Shown: piece by piece, positions 17,862 to 27,625 of the stretch
Position numbering within the stretch: position 1 is the stretch's first letter
Layout: each line of letters opens with the position of its first letter
Made by a program: the position numbers and the translations under genes
The notes under the pieces: generated by a model
Database searches by the model: none
What the model was told of the DNA's origin: nothing
The model's input: only the letters and a program-made list of their open reading frames with translations
IMG/VR virus record: IMGVR_UViG_3300020179_000036
Coordinates: 1 to 58,560 of that record
Reading direction: 5' to 3' (one strand)
Length of the DNA: 58,560 bases
Origin: a virus
Lineage: Duplodnaviria; Caudoviricetes

Positions 17862-20273
17862 TTGAAACCCAAAAATCCCGCGTCCACCCCTGTGGACAAA
17901 CTGCAGAAGCAGAGGGAGGAACGGGAACAAGAACGCGCAAAGTGGGATGCAATCAATCAACGGGCCCGGCTTCGTGAGTTAGTTCGAGAGAGCGTCACGG
18001 AATACGGAACGGCCCTGTTCACCGATAACGCTGAGCGGGTGACGATTGCCCTTGGCCTACTGCTCGAGGAGCTGCTTGCTAATCCATCAAAACCAGGGCC
18101 GTACTTCAGCGCCTGGCCCCTGCTGTTGATGGTCACGAATCGAGGGCCCAGAACATTGGCAGCCATTGCGATTGGCGTGGTCTTGGATCACATCAGCCAG
18201 CGCCCAAGCGAACGCAAGCTGGCCGGTGCCATCGGCCGGGCTCTGCAGGACGAGCTCAAGGCCGGCCGCATTGAGCAGCTCAGCCCTGACTTGCTGCGCC
18301 TGATCCGCAAGCGCAAGGGCAACCGGGCCCTCAGCTCTAAGCAGGTGCTTGATCAGCTGCGCCTAGACGTCAACGGCTGGGCCACTGCCGAGCGCACCCA
18401 AGTGGGTGGCCTGCTGCTGCAGGTGATTACCGCAAACAGCAACCTGATCCGGGTCGAGACCGGCATCCGCAACGGCCGCAGCCGCAAGACGGTGGTGGCC
18501 ACCGACGAGGCCCTGGCAGTGATCAAAGCCAACCCGCCGCGGCCCTTGCCTGCTCGCCGGCTGCCAATGCTGGTACCGCCCAGGCCCTGGTCGGGCATGT
18601 ACGGCGGCGGCCATCTCAACAACGACGACCCCCTGGTGCGCAGCCGGGCGGGTTACGACCTCAGCCACCTGACCCCTGAGGCCATGGCCCCGCTGGTCAA
18701 GGTGGTCAACGCCCTGCAGCAGCAGGAGCTACGCATCGACCCCGAAATGGTGCAGCTGCAGCGCTGCGCCTGGGATCACAACATCCGCGGCTTGTTCCCG
18801 GTCACCCGTGACCCACTGCCGGAGCCGCCTAAACCGCAGGAACTGGTGGGCAGCGAGGAGTACCGCTGCTGGCTGAGGCAGAAGGCCGCGGCCCAATACG
18901 ACCGCAATCAAAACGCCCTGCAGCGCCGGCGCATTGAAGAGACCATCCGCCAGTGCGAGGAGGTAGCGGGCCAGCCGATCTGGTTTGCCTACTGCCTGGA
19001 CTTCCGCTACCGGATCTACAGCAGCAACCGCTATGCCACCCACCAGGGCCCGGACTGGGAGAAGGCGGCCATCAACTTCACCGCTGCTGAACAGTGCAGC
19101 GTTGAGGCCTTTGAGTGGATGCTCAAGGCCGCGGCCGGCCACTACGGCGTGGCCAAGAACTGGCGTGACCGTCTGAGCTGGGGGCAAGAGCACCTGCCGC
19201 AGATCTGCGCAGTGGCTGAGGCTCCGCTGGATCGACTCGAGCTGTGGCGAGATGCCAAAGATCCCTGGCAGTACCTGCAGATCTGCCGCGCCATTGCCCA
19301 GCAGGTGGCTGATACCAACAGCAGCTGCAGCGTGCCCGTCCGGTTCGATCAGACCTGCAGCGGCATTGGCATTGCGGCAGCACTGATGCGTGACCGGCGC
19401 CTGGCACGGCTCACCAACATCAACGGCAAGATCCGCAAGGACATTTACGGCCACGTCGCTGAGGAAGTGCTGCGCCTGCTGCGGCTGGACCTCAGCAACG
19501 GCACCCCATCAGAGGTGCGCATGGCCGAGCTGTGGCTGAAGTTTGGCATCGGCCGCAGCCTGACCAAGGGGCCGGTGATGACCACCATCTATGGCGCCCA
19601 GTTCTTAAGCATCGTCGATGGGCTGGTGGCAGCCCTTGAGGAACGCAAGGCCGGGCTGCGGGTGTCCGAGTGGGAGCTCGCTTACCTAGCGCCTGCCCGC
19701 TACCTAGCCCGCAAGATCAGCCTGCTGCTGGGCAGTGAGCTTAAGAGCTGCCTTGAACTGCAGACCTGGCTGCGCAATGCCTCCAAGAAGGCACTGGCTA
19801 ATGGCAGCCAGCTGGAGTGGACAAATCCCCTTGGGGTGCCGATGCGGTTGGGTGATCAGCTGGACCCACGCACCACCGTTACGAGTTTGGCCCACGGCAA
19901 GCGGCGGTGGCAGGCCTGGAACAATCACGCCGACAACGGTGAGCTTTCAGCCCTCAGCACCAACCGAGCGGTGACCGCCAACGTCGTGCATCACCTTGAC
20001 GCTGCACTGTGTCACATCATGGTCTCCATGGGTAGCGCACACAGCATCCCGCTCCTAACAAATCACGACTGCTTCGCGACAATTCCAAGCCAAGCTGGCT
20101 GGCTGCACCACACCCTGCACGATCAGCTTAGGGTGCTGTACGCCACGGACTGGTTGGACGAGATGAGCCAGCAAATCCGTTCTGCTGCAAGGCTTAGTAA
20201 CATTAAGCGCCCGCCAACTGTTGGCGATCTGTGCCCGGGCGAGATCGGCAGCAACCCACACTGCTTCTCATAA
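17862..20273 (+). CDS. Single-subunit T7-like RNA polymerase, phage Y
   Basis: LDFRYRIY, motif A FDQTCSG, motif B RSLTKGPVMTTIYG and motif C NHDCF. Confidence 0.95.
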   Translation: MKPKNPASTPVDKLQKQREEREQERAKWDAINQRARLRELVRESVTEYGTALFTDNAERVTIALGLLLEELLANPSKPGPYFSAWPLLLMVTNRGPRTLAAIAIGVVLDHISQRPSERKLAGAIGRALQDELKAGRIEQLSPDLLRLIRKRKGNRALSSKQVLDQLRLDVNGWATAERTQVGGLLLQVITANSNLIRVETGIRNGRSRKTVVATDEALAVIKANPPRPLPARRLPMLVPPRPWSGMYGGGHLNNDDPLVRSRAGYDLSHLTPEAMAPLVKVVNALQQQELRIDPEMVQLQRCAWDHNIRGLFPVTRDPLPEPPKPQELVGSEEYRCWLRQKAAAQYDRNQNALQRRRIEETIRQCEEVAGQPIWFAYCLDFRYRIYSSNRYATHQGPDWEKAAINFTAAEQCSVEAFEWMLKAAAGHYGVAKNWRDRLSWGQEHLPQICAVAEAPLDRLELWRDAKDPWQYLQICRAIAQQVADTNSSCSVPVRFDQTCSGIGIAAALMRDRRLARLTNINGKIRKDIYGHVAEEVLRLLRLDLSNGTPSEVRMAELWLKFGIGRSLTKGPVMTTIYGAQFLSIVDGLVAALEERKAGLRVSEWELAYLAPARYLARKISLLLGSELKSCLELQTWLRNASKKALANGSQLEWTNPLGVPMRLGDQLDPRTTVTSLAHGKRRWQAWNNHADNGELSALSTNRAVTANVVHHLDAALCHIMVSMGSAHSIPLLTNHDCFATIPSQAGWLHHTLHDQLRVLYATDWLDEMSQQIRSAARLSNIKRPPTVGDLCPGEIGSNPHCFS

Positions 20274-20346
20274 GACACACCTAGGCGTGTTGCGGACCTG
20301 CACCTAGGTGGATACGGTGCTGCTGCACTCCACCTGTAGCGAGCAA

Positions 20347-21009
20347 ATGCCGCGACGCGCAACACTCATCACCCCCGTAGGTGAGGCTGCCTGGGCCAAG
20401 ATCCTGGGCGAACCCGCTGAGCCGTTTGATGGCGACGGTCCCCGGGCCTGGTCCGTCAACCTGCTGCTGGACCCCAACGATCCGAGCACCGTCGAGTTCA
20501 TCGAGAAACTCGAGGCCGAGTTTGCTGAGCTTCATGGCAGCGGCAAGATCAAATACAGCGCCAACGCTTGGCCTTTCGGTGAAGACACCACCAAGGACGA
20601 GCAAGGCCGCAAGGTGCCGACCGGCAAGATGCGCTTCAACTTCAAGCGCAAAGAGACTACCGCCCGTGGCGATGTGAAGTTGCCGCCTGTGGTGACTGAC
20701 TCCAAGCTCAACCCTTGGCCCGCGGCCAAGCTGATCGGCAACGGCAGCAAGATTCGCGTTGCCTTCCAGCCGTGGGGATGGGACACCCCAACCGGCAAAG
20801 GCATGAGCCTTGAGCTTATGCAGGTGCAGGTGTTGGATCACGTTGCTTACGAAAGTGCTGAAGACGCCCCGGTGTTTGAGAAGACCGACGGCTTTGTGTT
20901 GGAAGCAGAGGAGACCCCGGTGTTTGAGCGCGAGCCCGAACTGGCCGTGCTCAGCCCGAGCCAGCGGCTGCGCAAAAGCCAGGAGGTTCCTGATGAGATT
21001 CCTTTCTGA
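20347..21009 (+). CDS. ssDNA-binding protein (gp2.5-like)
   Basis: TPVGEAAWA, IGNGSKIRV, GMSLELMQVQVL motifs and an acidic tail ending DEIPF. Confidence 0.88.
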   Translation: MPRRATLITPVGEAAWAKILGEPAEPFDGDGPRAWSVNLLLDPNDPSTVEFIEKLEAEFAELHGSGKIKYSANAWPFGEDTTKDEQGRKVPTGKMRFNFKRKETTARGDVKLPPVVTDSKLNPWPAAKLIGNGSKIRVAFQPWGWDTPTGKGMSLELMQVQVLDHVAYESAEDAPVFEKTDGFVLEAEETPVFEREPELAVLSPSQRLRKSQEVPDEIPF

Positions 21010-21401
21010 TGGGATTGCGCACCGCCGATTTCGTACTGCCCGTTCCGCTGCAACCCAAGTCAAGGCCACGCTTTACTTTGAAAGGCAGGGCTTACAAGGA
21101 CAGCAAATACAGGGAGTGGACGGAATCCGTTCGCTCAATTCTTGGCGAGTGGTGGACCCTGCCACCGCTCGAAAAAGGACAAGTGGTGGCTTTGCACTTG
21201 ACCTTTTTTGGCCCGGGGACTTCGGACCTGGACAACTTGGCTGGTGCCGTGATGGATGCCGGCACGGGAATTGTGTGGTCGGACGACAAGGTGACCGTGT
21301 TGCAACGCATCGAAGCTCAGTGGCTGAAAAAGCCCATGAACGCACAGGCCATTTATCTCAAGGTGATTTGGAATGAAAACACCGTTCCCGCTGCGGCGTG
21401 A
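21009..21401 (+). CDS. rusA: RusA-like Holliday junction resolvase
   Basis: PKSRPRF and DLDNLAGAVMDA...WSDD motifs. Confidence 0.8.
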   Translation: MGLRTADFVLPVPLQPKSRPRFTLKGRAYKDSKYREWTESVRSILGEWWTLPPLEKGQVVALHLTFFGPGTSDLDNLAGAVMDAGTGIVWSDDKVTVLQRIEAQWLKKPMNAQAIYLKVIWNENTVPAAA

Positions 21402-21579
21402 GCAGTCGTGCATCAACTGCTTTTACGCCTGTGGCGACAAAGAGGTTGGCGTCCTGTTGTCTTGCCGGCGCAATCCACCTGTTGTTTTCAACACAGGTTC
21501 CTACACGAGAGGCTGCTGGCCGTTTGTTAAGGGGTACGAATGGTGTGGCGAGTGGGCGCCGGAGGAGGTGGTGGCATGA
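21373..21579 (+). CDS. Small Cys-rich protein
   Basis: CxxC...CRRNPP...WP...WCGEW, a small phage protein pattern; overlaps both neighbours. Confidence 0.65.
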   Translation: MKTPFPLRREQSCINCFYACGDKEVGVLLSCRRNPPVVFNTGSYTRGCWPFVKGYEWCGEWAPEEVVA

Positions 21580-22145
21580 AGTGTCCCAAATGCGGTCACG
21601 ACAAGAACCGGGTTGTTGAAACCCGGGCCATGCCTGACGGCGACCGCCGCATCCGGCAATGCCAAAGCTGCGGCAAGACCTTCCAAACCATGGAACGGAT
21701 TTGCGTTTTTATTGGCCGCGCTGCTGGCTACGTCGAGATGGCACCGCCCGTCCCAACGCTGGCCGTTGTGCCCGAACAGCCAAAAAAAGTAGCCAAGCCT
21801 GCTGCTGGTTTTGTCGCTCATTTGAACGACGCTGCCTTGGCTGCGGTGATGGCCGACGCTCAGCCATTTCTTGTGCAGTGGTGGAACGAAAGCCGCCGCT
21901 CAAAACACAAGGGCAACGCCACTTGGACCGAGGCGGCATGGCAAGCAAGCGTTCAGCGCGTTGCTGCCCTGCCTCTATGGCAGCAGCAGCTATTGGCTCA
22001 GGCCGGTGTTGAACACGGCTGGCAGGCGCTCAAGCCTGAGTACCTGAAAGAGGAGCTGGCCAAGCCGCAGGCCAGCGGCAGACCGATGCCCAAAGACCCG
22101 GCGATGCTTGCCGCCCTTGAGCAATGGCCCAGCCAAACCGCCTGA
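21576..22145 (+). CDS. Protein with an NrdR-like N-terminal zinc ribbon and an unknown C-terminal domain
   Basis: MKCPKCGH...VVETR...[17 protein letters not shown]; no ATP-cone recognised. Confidence 0.75.
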   Translation: MKCPKCGHDKNRVVETRAMPDGDRRIRQCQSCGKTFQTMERICVFIGRAAGYVEMAPPVPTLAVVPEQPKKVAKPAAGFVAHLNDAALAAVMADAQPFLVQWWNESRRSKHKGNATWTEAAWQASVQRVAALPLWQQQLLAQAGVEHGWQALKPEYLKEELAKPQASGRPMPKDPAMLAALEQWPSQTA

Positions 22146-22660
22146 CACCAGAGACGTTCTTGGCGGTCGCCGAAATGATCGCAGCCCACCTGCGCATTAA
22201 AGAAGCCGACCGCTGGAGCCCTCACATTTGCCGCCTGAAGTTTCACAGTTTCACCTCTGAGTTCCCGGAGATCAACGAACCGCAGTTCATGTGGGCCGCT
22301 GAGCAGTGGATTCAAAGCCTGAAGCCTGACGTCTTCAAGCGTTATCCCACTTGGAAAGAATTGATGGCACCGCTGTATCGCAGTGAAAACGGCCTGGCCA
22401 ACAGGAGCTGGGGCTACAAGCCTGAGCTGCCTGGCTTTTGCCAGCCCACACAACCGCAGCTGGCAATGCTGCCCGCCGAGCCTTACAGCCTGGCGGCAGC
22501 ACCAGACCCACACAACGCTGATGCCTATGTGCCATTCACCTGCACCGAGCATCCGCTGTTGCCGCCTGCTGTGGATGAAAGGCCTGGCCTGACGCCTGAG
22601 CGTTGGGCCGACTACCTCAAATGGGTCAACCAAGAAGAGGCTCGCGTTGATGCCAGCTGA
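22124..22660 (+). CDS. Hypothetical protein in the replication module
   Basis: Overlaps the upstream gene and sits where gp4/gp5 normally lie. Confidence 0.65.
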   Translation: MAQPNRLTPETFLAVAEMIAAHLRIKEADRWSPHICRLKFHSFTSEFPEINEPQFMWAAEQWIQSLKPDVFKRYPTWKELMAPLYRSENGLANRSWGYKPELPGFCQPTQPQLAMLPAEPYSLAAAPDPHNADAYVPFTCTEHPLLPPAVDERPGLTPERWADYLKWVNQEEARVDAS

Positions 22661-22860
22661 TGCAACCACTCTTCAGCCACACCGAGCTCAGGGGAATCCT
22701 CGAGCACGGACTGCTGACTGGCAAATGGTCAGTGCTGCAGTTCAACAAGAAAGCCCGTGATGCGGTGCTGCCCAGCAAGCAGTTCCTTGAAGACCACCCA
22801 GAGTTTCAAGACATGGAACTCCGGGACATGGAGGCCTTCCGCAGGCACCACTACCCATGA
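22660..22860 (+). CDS. Hypothetical protein
   Basis: Translationally coupled on both sides. Confidence 0.6.
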   Translation: MQPLFSHTELRGILEHGLLTGKWSVLQFNKKARDAVLPSKQFLEDHPEFQDMELRDMEAFRRHHYP

Positions 22861-23087
22861 CCTGGAAGCAGTACAGCAAAGGCCAAGAGGTTCGCTTCCG
22901 TGCCCTTGGCGGTTGGGTTAAGGGCCACATCACCGAGACCTATCACGACTCAGTTTCTGTTGTCTTCACTCGAGGCGCACAGGAACGCAACATTCGTGTT
23001 TATGACCTACGCAACATTCAGCCATGTCCACCAAGCAACAAGAAGAACCAATCGACGTCTCAAGAGCCTCCGTTGTTCGGATGTTGA
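22857..23087 (+). CDS. Hypothetical protein (small beta-barrel-like)
   Basis: ATGA overlap; GQEVRF...WVKGHI. Confidence 0.55.
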   Translation: MTWKQYSKGQEVRFRALGGWVKGHITETYHDSVSVVFTRGAQERNIRVYDLRNIQPCPPSNKKNQSTSQEPPLFGC

Positions 23088-23193
23088 ATTACGCCAAGCG
23101 TTATCACGAGGAGGCTGTTGAACACAGCTATCCGCAGGTTTGGTGGGAGGGCTACATCCGTGCCTGTGAACAGATCCTTGACATGGAGAACGA

Positions 23194-23424
23194 GTGATGA
23201 GCTGGATGGTCCCCAGTCGCCTGCCGCAAGAAGGCCCTGAGCCGATCCTTGGCCCTGGCATTAGCCATCCCAAGCCCAGGGAGGCAACACGCATGTTCTT
23301 TCTCGAGGTGAAACGCCCGGGTTACAAAACCATGCGTGTCACCAAGCCCGCGCCGACCCTGGCCAAGGCAATTAAGTATTGCCAGAACATCTGGCCTGAT
23401 TCCACCGTCACACCCGTCAAATGA
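23194..23424 (+). CDS. Hypothetical protein
   Basis: Similar to 56212-56466 (PG...MR.T..A.....A.K...N..P). Confidence 0.6.
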   Translation: MMSWMVPSRLPQEGPEPILGPGISHPKPREATRMFFLEVKRPGYKTMRVTKPAPTLAKAIKYCQNIWPDSTVTPVK

Positions 23425-23627
23425 ACTTGCTAGAGGATTGCCTCTCAATCCAATACGCCTTGGGTGAGTACGGCATTGACGACAGGCGCCGCATGAAAGA
23501 AGTGATCCGCGAGATCGCCAACATCATCCGCACCTGGGCACCAGACCCAGGGCAAGCACGCATTTGTCATCTTGCAATCAATGAGGTGGCTGACCGCATG
23601 ATTCGCGAAATTACGGAAACGCCATGA
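23421..23627 (+). CDS. Hypothetical protein
   Basis: IRTWAPD.GQARICHLAINEVADR shared with 55835-56056. Confidence 0.7.
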   Translation: MNLLEDCLSIQYALGEYGIDDRRRMKEVIREIANIIRTWAPDPGQARICHLAINEVADRMIREITETP

Positions 23628-23709
23628 ACAAAGGCACAGGCATCATGCTTGCCGGCTGCATCTTCAGCGCAGTGGCTATCGGCATCCTCTACATCGCCAC
23701 CATCCACTC

Positions 23710-24450
23710 ATGAAGGCTCTAATCGACACGGAGTATTACCTCTTTACTGCAGCATCTGCCTGCCAGTACGAGGCTGAGTGGGCCCCTGATGTGTGGACCT
23801 ACTTCTGCCGGCATGACGATGCCAAGGAAGTCTTCCAAGAGCAGCTGGGTGCCTTTCGCGAGTTGCTGCCAGATCACGAGCAGGTGCTGGTTTTTGGCAG
23901 CTCCCTCTCCTTTCGCTACGGGGTGTGGCCGCAGTACAAAAGCAACCGCAAGAAGTACCGCAAGCCAGCTGGCTACCGGAAGCTGATCGAATGGGTCCAT
24001 CACTCGGGCCCCGCCCGTGGCTGGCGCACCGTCGAGCTACCTGACATTGAGGGCGACGACGTGCTTGGCGTGCTCTACAAACCCGGCGACGTGATAGTAA
24101 GCGTGGACAAGGACATGCTTACCCTGCCTGGGCTGCACCTGCGGGACGGCCAGATCCTAGAGATGAACCGCCTGGAGGCTGATCGCAACTTTTACCAGCA
24201 GGTGTTGACCGGAGACGTCAGCGACAACTACCCAGGCTGCCCTGGCTATGGCCCGGTCACTGCAGAAAAAGCATTGGCTGGTTGCTCAACAGAGGTGGAG
24301 ATGTGGAATGAAGTTTTGGCCGCCTACAAAAAGAAAGGCTTTGGTGAGGCCTATGCCAAGACGCAAGCCCGTTGTGCTCGTATCCTTCGGGCTGGTGAGT
24401 ACGACTTGGAGGCCGGCACTCCCCTGTTGTGGAGGCCGCCGGTAGGCTGA
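23710..24450 (+). CDS. 5'-3' exonuclease (gp6-like)
   Basis: LID, YKSNR, EGDDVLG, DKDM, GDVSDNYPGCPGYG and ARILR motifs. Confidence 0.93.
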   Translation: MKALIDTEYYLFTAASACQYEAEWAPDVWTYFCRHDDAKEVFQEQLGAFRELLPDHEQVLVFGSSLSFRYGVWPQYKSNRKKYRKPAGYRKLIEWVHHSGPARGWRTVELPDIEGDDVLGVLYKPGDVIVSVDKDMLTLPGLHLRDGQILEMNRLEADRNFYQQVLTGDVSDNYPGCPGYGPVTAEKALAGCSTEVEMWNEVLAAYKKKGFGEAYAKTQARCARILRAGEYDLEAGTPLLWRPPVG

Positions 24451-24470
24451 GTTTGATCTGCATACCTGCA

Positions 24471-24656
24471 GTGCTTCAACCAATCGTCACTGAAGAGTTG
24501 CTTGTCAAGTTGCGGGAAGTGTTTCCTGCAGCTGTCAGCCGTTTCTTGTCGCACCGCGATCTGGACGTTCTGATCGGTCAACAGGAAGTGATGGCCTACC
24601 TGGAGAAGCTGCTGGAAGAGCAGAAGTCTGATCCGCTCAATCTGGAGGAGCTCTGA
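24471..24656 (+). CDS. gp6.5-like small protein
   Basis: L..FP...GQQEV..YL pattern; first gene of the virion block. Confidence 0.6.
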   Translation: MLQPIVTEELLVKLREVFPAAVSRFLSHRDLDVLIGQQEVMAYLEKLLEEQKSDPLNLEEL

Positions 24657-25060
24657 TGTGCTTCGGTGGTGGCGGTGGTGGCGCCGTAATCACGATGCCC
24701 GACACCGGGGCTTACGACCGTATGGCCCAGGCGCAGATTGATGCCATGCAGTCCAACCAGGACGGTGCCATCAAGCTGAAACAGCTTGAACTCAATCAAG
24801 CCTTGAACAGCGAGCAGCAGGTGCTGACCGAGCTGCGCGACTTCAAGACGCAGCGGGCCAATGAAACCAGCGCCAACGCCGCTCGCATGGCTGCGCTGAT
24901 TGGGGCACCCCCTCCAGATAAGGCAGCTCAGGCTCCAGTCATTGGATCCGACCGGGCGCAAATGGCAAAGCCCATGGGCAAGCGCGGCCTGCGCATTGAT
25001 CGGGTTACACCCACCAGCTCAGGCGCTGGCATCGGCCTAAACATCACCACAGGAGTCTGA
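24656..25060 (+). CDS. gp6.7/gp7.3-like virion protein 1
   Basis: Starts MCFGG and ends GIGLNITTGV; upstream of the portal. Confidence 0.65.
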   Translation: MCFGGGGGGAVITMPDTGAYDRMAQAQIDAMQSNQDGAIKLKQLELNQALNSEQQVLTELRDFKTQRANETSANAARMAALIGAPPPDKAAQAPVIGSDRAQMAKPMGKRGLRIDRVTPTSSGAGIGLNITTGV

Positions 25061-25062
25061 CC

Positions 25063-25491
25063 ATGTGCTTTGGATCTGCCCCTCAAGCCCCTGAGGTCCG
25101 CTACGTGGGGCCCAGCCAAGCGGACATTGATGCCAACAACGCCAAGCTGGAGAAGTACCGGCAGGACTCGCTGACCCAGCAGCAGCAGTTCGCGTCAGCG
25201 CTGCAAAAGCAGATTGACGATGCCAACGCTTCGGCTTCTGCCAAGCGCAAAGAGCTGGAATACCAGATGGGGCAGAAGCAGCGGGAGATGGCTGCCCAAA
25301 TGTCAGGTGCTGCAGCAGCCGCTGCTGCGCAACAGCAGGCGGCCTATGCCGTTACCACTACCCAGACCGAACCTGTTGCCGCCCAGACCACATCCGCACC
25401 CAAGAAGAAGGACAAGATCAAGGGCACTCTCAAGATTGCCCCTGGTGCCACAGCCATGAGCGAAGGCTCTGGCATCAACATCGGAGTGTGA
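25063..25491 (+). CDS. gp6.7/gp7.3-like virion protein 2
   Basis: Starts MCFGS and ends GSGINIGV. Confidence 0.65.
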   Translation: MCFGSAPQAPEVRYVGPSQADIDANNAKLEKYRQDSLTQQQQFASALQKQIDDANASASAKRKELEYQMGQKQREMAAQMSGAAAAAAAQQQAAYAVTTTQTEPVAAQTTSAPKKKDKIKGTLKIAPGATAMSEGSGINIGV

Positions 25492-25494
25492 GCC

Positions 25495-25974
25495 ATGTGC
25501 GTTGGAGGAGGCAACAACAGGCATCACGAGGAAGAAGCCAAGCGCCGGCAATGGGCCGCTGATCGCGCCGCTGAAGAGCAGCGTCAACGCATTGCCGAAC
25601 AGGAGCGGCAAATGCAGGCAGCTGTTGCTGACCAGCAGGCGGAGATGGTGCGTTTGCAAGCCCTGCAGGCTGAGGCTGAAACCAAGCAGCGTCAGACCGT
25701 TGACGCCCTAAGGGTCCAGGAGTCCGAACAGCTGGCACAGCTGCAGGCACAGCAGGCACAGCAAAACGCAGAGATCCTAAAAATGCGCGATGCGACCAGC
25801 ACCGTGTCTGCATCGCTGCGGGTGCTGGCCAATGCACCGCAGACCAAGGCGCCCACGGCACAGCAGACCAGGATTGCATCAGCGCCTGCTGCCCGCACCA
25901 CCAGCCCCACATCTCAACTGCGGATCGGTTCATCCGGCCGCGGCTCTGGTGTTGGAGTAAATCTCGGAGGCTGA
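25495..25974 (+). CDS. gp6.7/gp7.3-like virion protein 3
   Basis: Starts MCVGG and ends GVGVNLGG. Confidence 0.65.
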   Translation: MCVGGGNNRHHEEEAKRRQWAADRAAEEQRQRIAEQERQMQAAVADQQAEMVRLQALQAEAETKQRQTVDALRVQESEQLAQLQAQQAQQNAEILKMRDATSTVSASLRVLANAPQTKAPTAQQTRIASAPAARTTSPTSQLRIGSSGRGSGVGVNLGG

Positions 25975-25975
25975 C

Positions 25976-27625
25976 ATGAGTTGCACAAAGCGTTACCGCA
26001 GTCTTGAAGGCGACAGGAACTACTACCTCGAGCGAGCACGAGCAGCGGCTCGCCTGACCCTGCCGTACTTGGTGCCCCTCAACGACGAGTACACCCCCAA
26101 CCAAACCGAAAGTTTTCCGTTGCCCTGGAACGGCATCGGTGCCCGTGGTGTTCACAACATCACCAGCCGCCTAAGCCTGGCGCTGCTGCCACCCACGGAA
26201 ACGTTCTTTCGCTTCACGATTGACGAGATCGAGATGGCCAAGAACGAGCAGCAGCTCATGGCTGCCGGGGCCACCCCTGAAGAACTGGGCAAGTCAAAGA
26301 GCGAGTTCGACCTGGCCCTGGCCCGGCTTGAGCGGGCGGTACTGCGCAGCATTGAAGCCAGCAACGACCGTGTTGCTGTTCACGAGATGCTGCTGCATCT
26401 GATCGTGGGCGGTAACGCCCTGATGTACGTCAGCGAGAAGGGGCTGCGCTGCTTCCACCTCAACCGCTACGTGCTCAGGCGCGACCCCATGGGCAACCCT
26501 TTAGAGGCGATTGTCTGCGAGGAGCTGGCCAACGACAGTCTGCCTGAGAAGGTGCGTCAGCTGGTTGAGGAAGAAGACGGCGAGAGCGCAGGGATCATCG
26601 AGGCCGAAGACGATTACACCCCTGAGTACGAGCGCACCGTCAAGCTCTACACCCACGTGGAGTGGGAAGGCGAAAAGGTCAGCTGGTATCAGGAGGTCAA
26701 GGACAAGGAAATTCCTGGCACCCGGGGCAAAGCCTCGATCTCGGAATCACCCTGGCTGGCCCTGCGGATGTACCGCATTGATGGCCATGACTATTCGCCT
26801 GGCTATGTCGAGGCGGCCTGCATGGCTGACCTGCAAACAGCTGAGGCCCTAAGCCAGGCCATTGCAGAGGGCTCGCTGGTGTCGGCCCAGGTCAAGCACT
26901 TGGTCAAGCCCAGCGGTGTTGCCAATCCCAAGAAGCTGGCCGAGGCGCCCAATGGTGCTTACCTGCCCGGCAACCCTGATGACGTCACCACCATCACGGT
27001 GGGCAAGGCGCAGGACTTGAGCGTGGCCATGCAGGGCCTGGCCCGGATCGAGGCACGCCTGGCGCAAGCCTTCATGCTGGCCGACATGCGTGATGCCGAG
27101 CGCGTCACAGCAGAGGAAGTGCGGCTGCAAGCGCTGCAGCTTGAGAACTCCCTGGGTTCAATCTACGCGATCTTAACCACCGAATTTCAGCAGCCCTATG
27201 TGGCACGAAAGCTGGCGCTGCTGGTGCGCAAGGGCAAGCTGCCCAAGCTGCCGGATGAGCTGGTCAAACCTGTTGTGAGCGTTGGCTTGTCGGCTGTTGG
27301 CCGCGGCAACGACCTCGAGAAGACCGCTCGCTTTATGCAGATCCTGCAACAGTCGATCGGGCCTGAAGGGATCACGACTTACGTGATGCCATCGGAGCTG
27401 ATCCGCCGGCTGGCTGCCTCGATGGGCATGGACATCATTGGCTTGGTCAAGACCGATGAGCAGCTGGCTGCAGAGCAGCAAGCCCAGCAGCAGATGGCCA
27501 TGGCGCAGCAAATGATGGCCAGCGGCATGGCTGATCCACAAAAGCTCGCTAACGCCGCGGCCACCGCCCAGCAGATGGCAGCACCGCCACCTGCCGAACA
27601 ACCACCAACTGAACAACCAGCATGA
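25976..27625 (+). CDS. Portal / head-tail connector (gp8-like)
   Basis: LTLPYL, GARGV, LIVGGN, RDAERVTAEEVR and LGSIYA..EFQQP motifs. Confidence 0.95.
   Translation: MSCTKRYRSLEGDRNYYLERARAAARLTLPYLVPLNDEYTPNQTESFPLPWNGIGARGVHNITSRLSLALLPPTETFFRFTIDEIEMAKNEQQLMAAGATPEELGKSKSEFDLALARLERAVLRSIEASNDRVAVHEMLLHLIVGGNALMYVSEKGLRCFHLNRYVLRRDPMGNPLEAIVCEELANDSLPEKVRQLVEEEDGESAGIIEAEDDYTPEYERTVKLYTHVEWEGEKVSWYQEVKDKEIPGTRGKASISESPWLALRMYRIDGHDYSPGYVEAACMADLQTAEALSQAIAEGSLVSAQVKHLVKPSGVANPKKLAEAPNGAYLPGNPDDVTTITVGKAQDLSVAMQGLARIEARLAQAFMLADMRDAERVTAEEVRLQALQLENSLGSIYAILTTEFQQPYVARKLALLVRKGKLPKLPDELVKPVVSVGLSAVGRGNDLEKTARFMQILQQSIGPEGITTYVMPSELIRRLAASMGMDIIGLVKTDEQLAAEQQAQQQMAMAQQMMASGMADPQKLANAAATAQQMAAPPPAEQPPTEQPA

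Noticed and set aside
21576-22145. A true nrdR gene
   Set aside because: Only the zinc ribbon matches; I recognise no ATP-cone domain.
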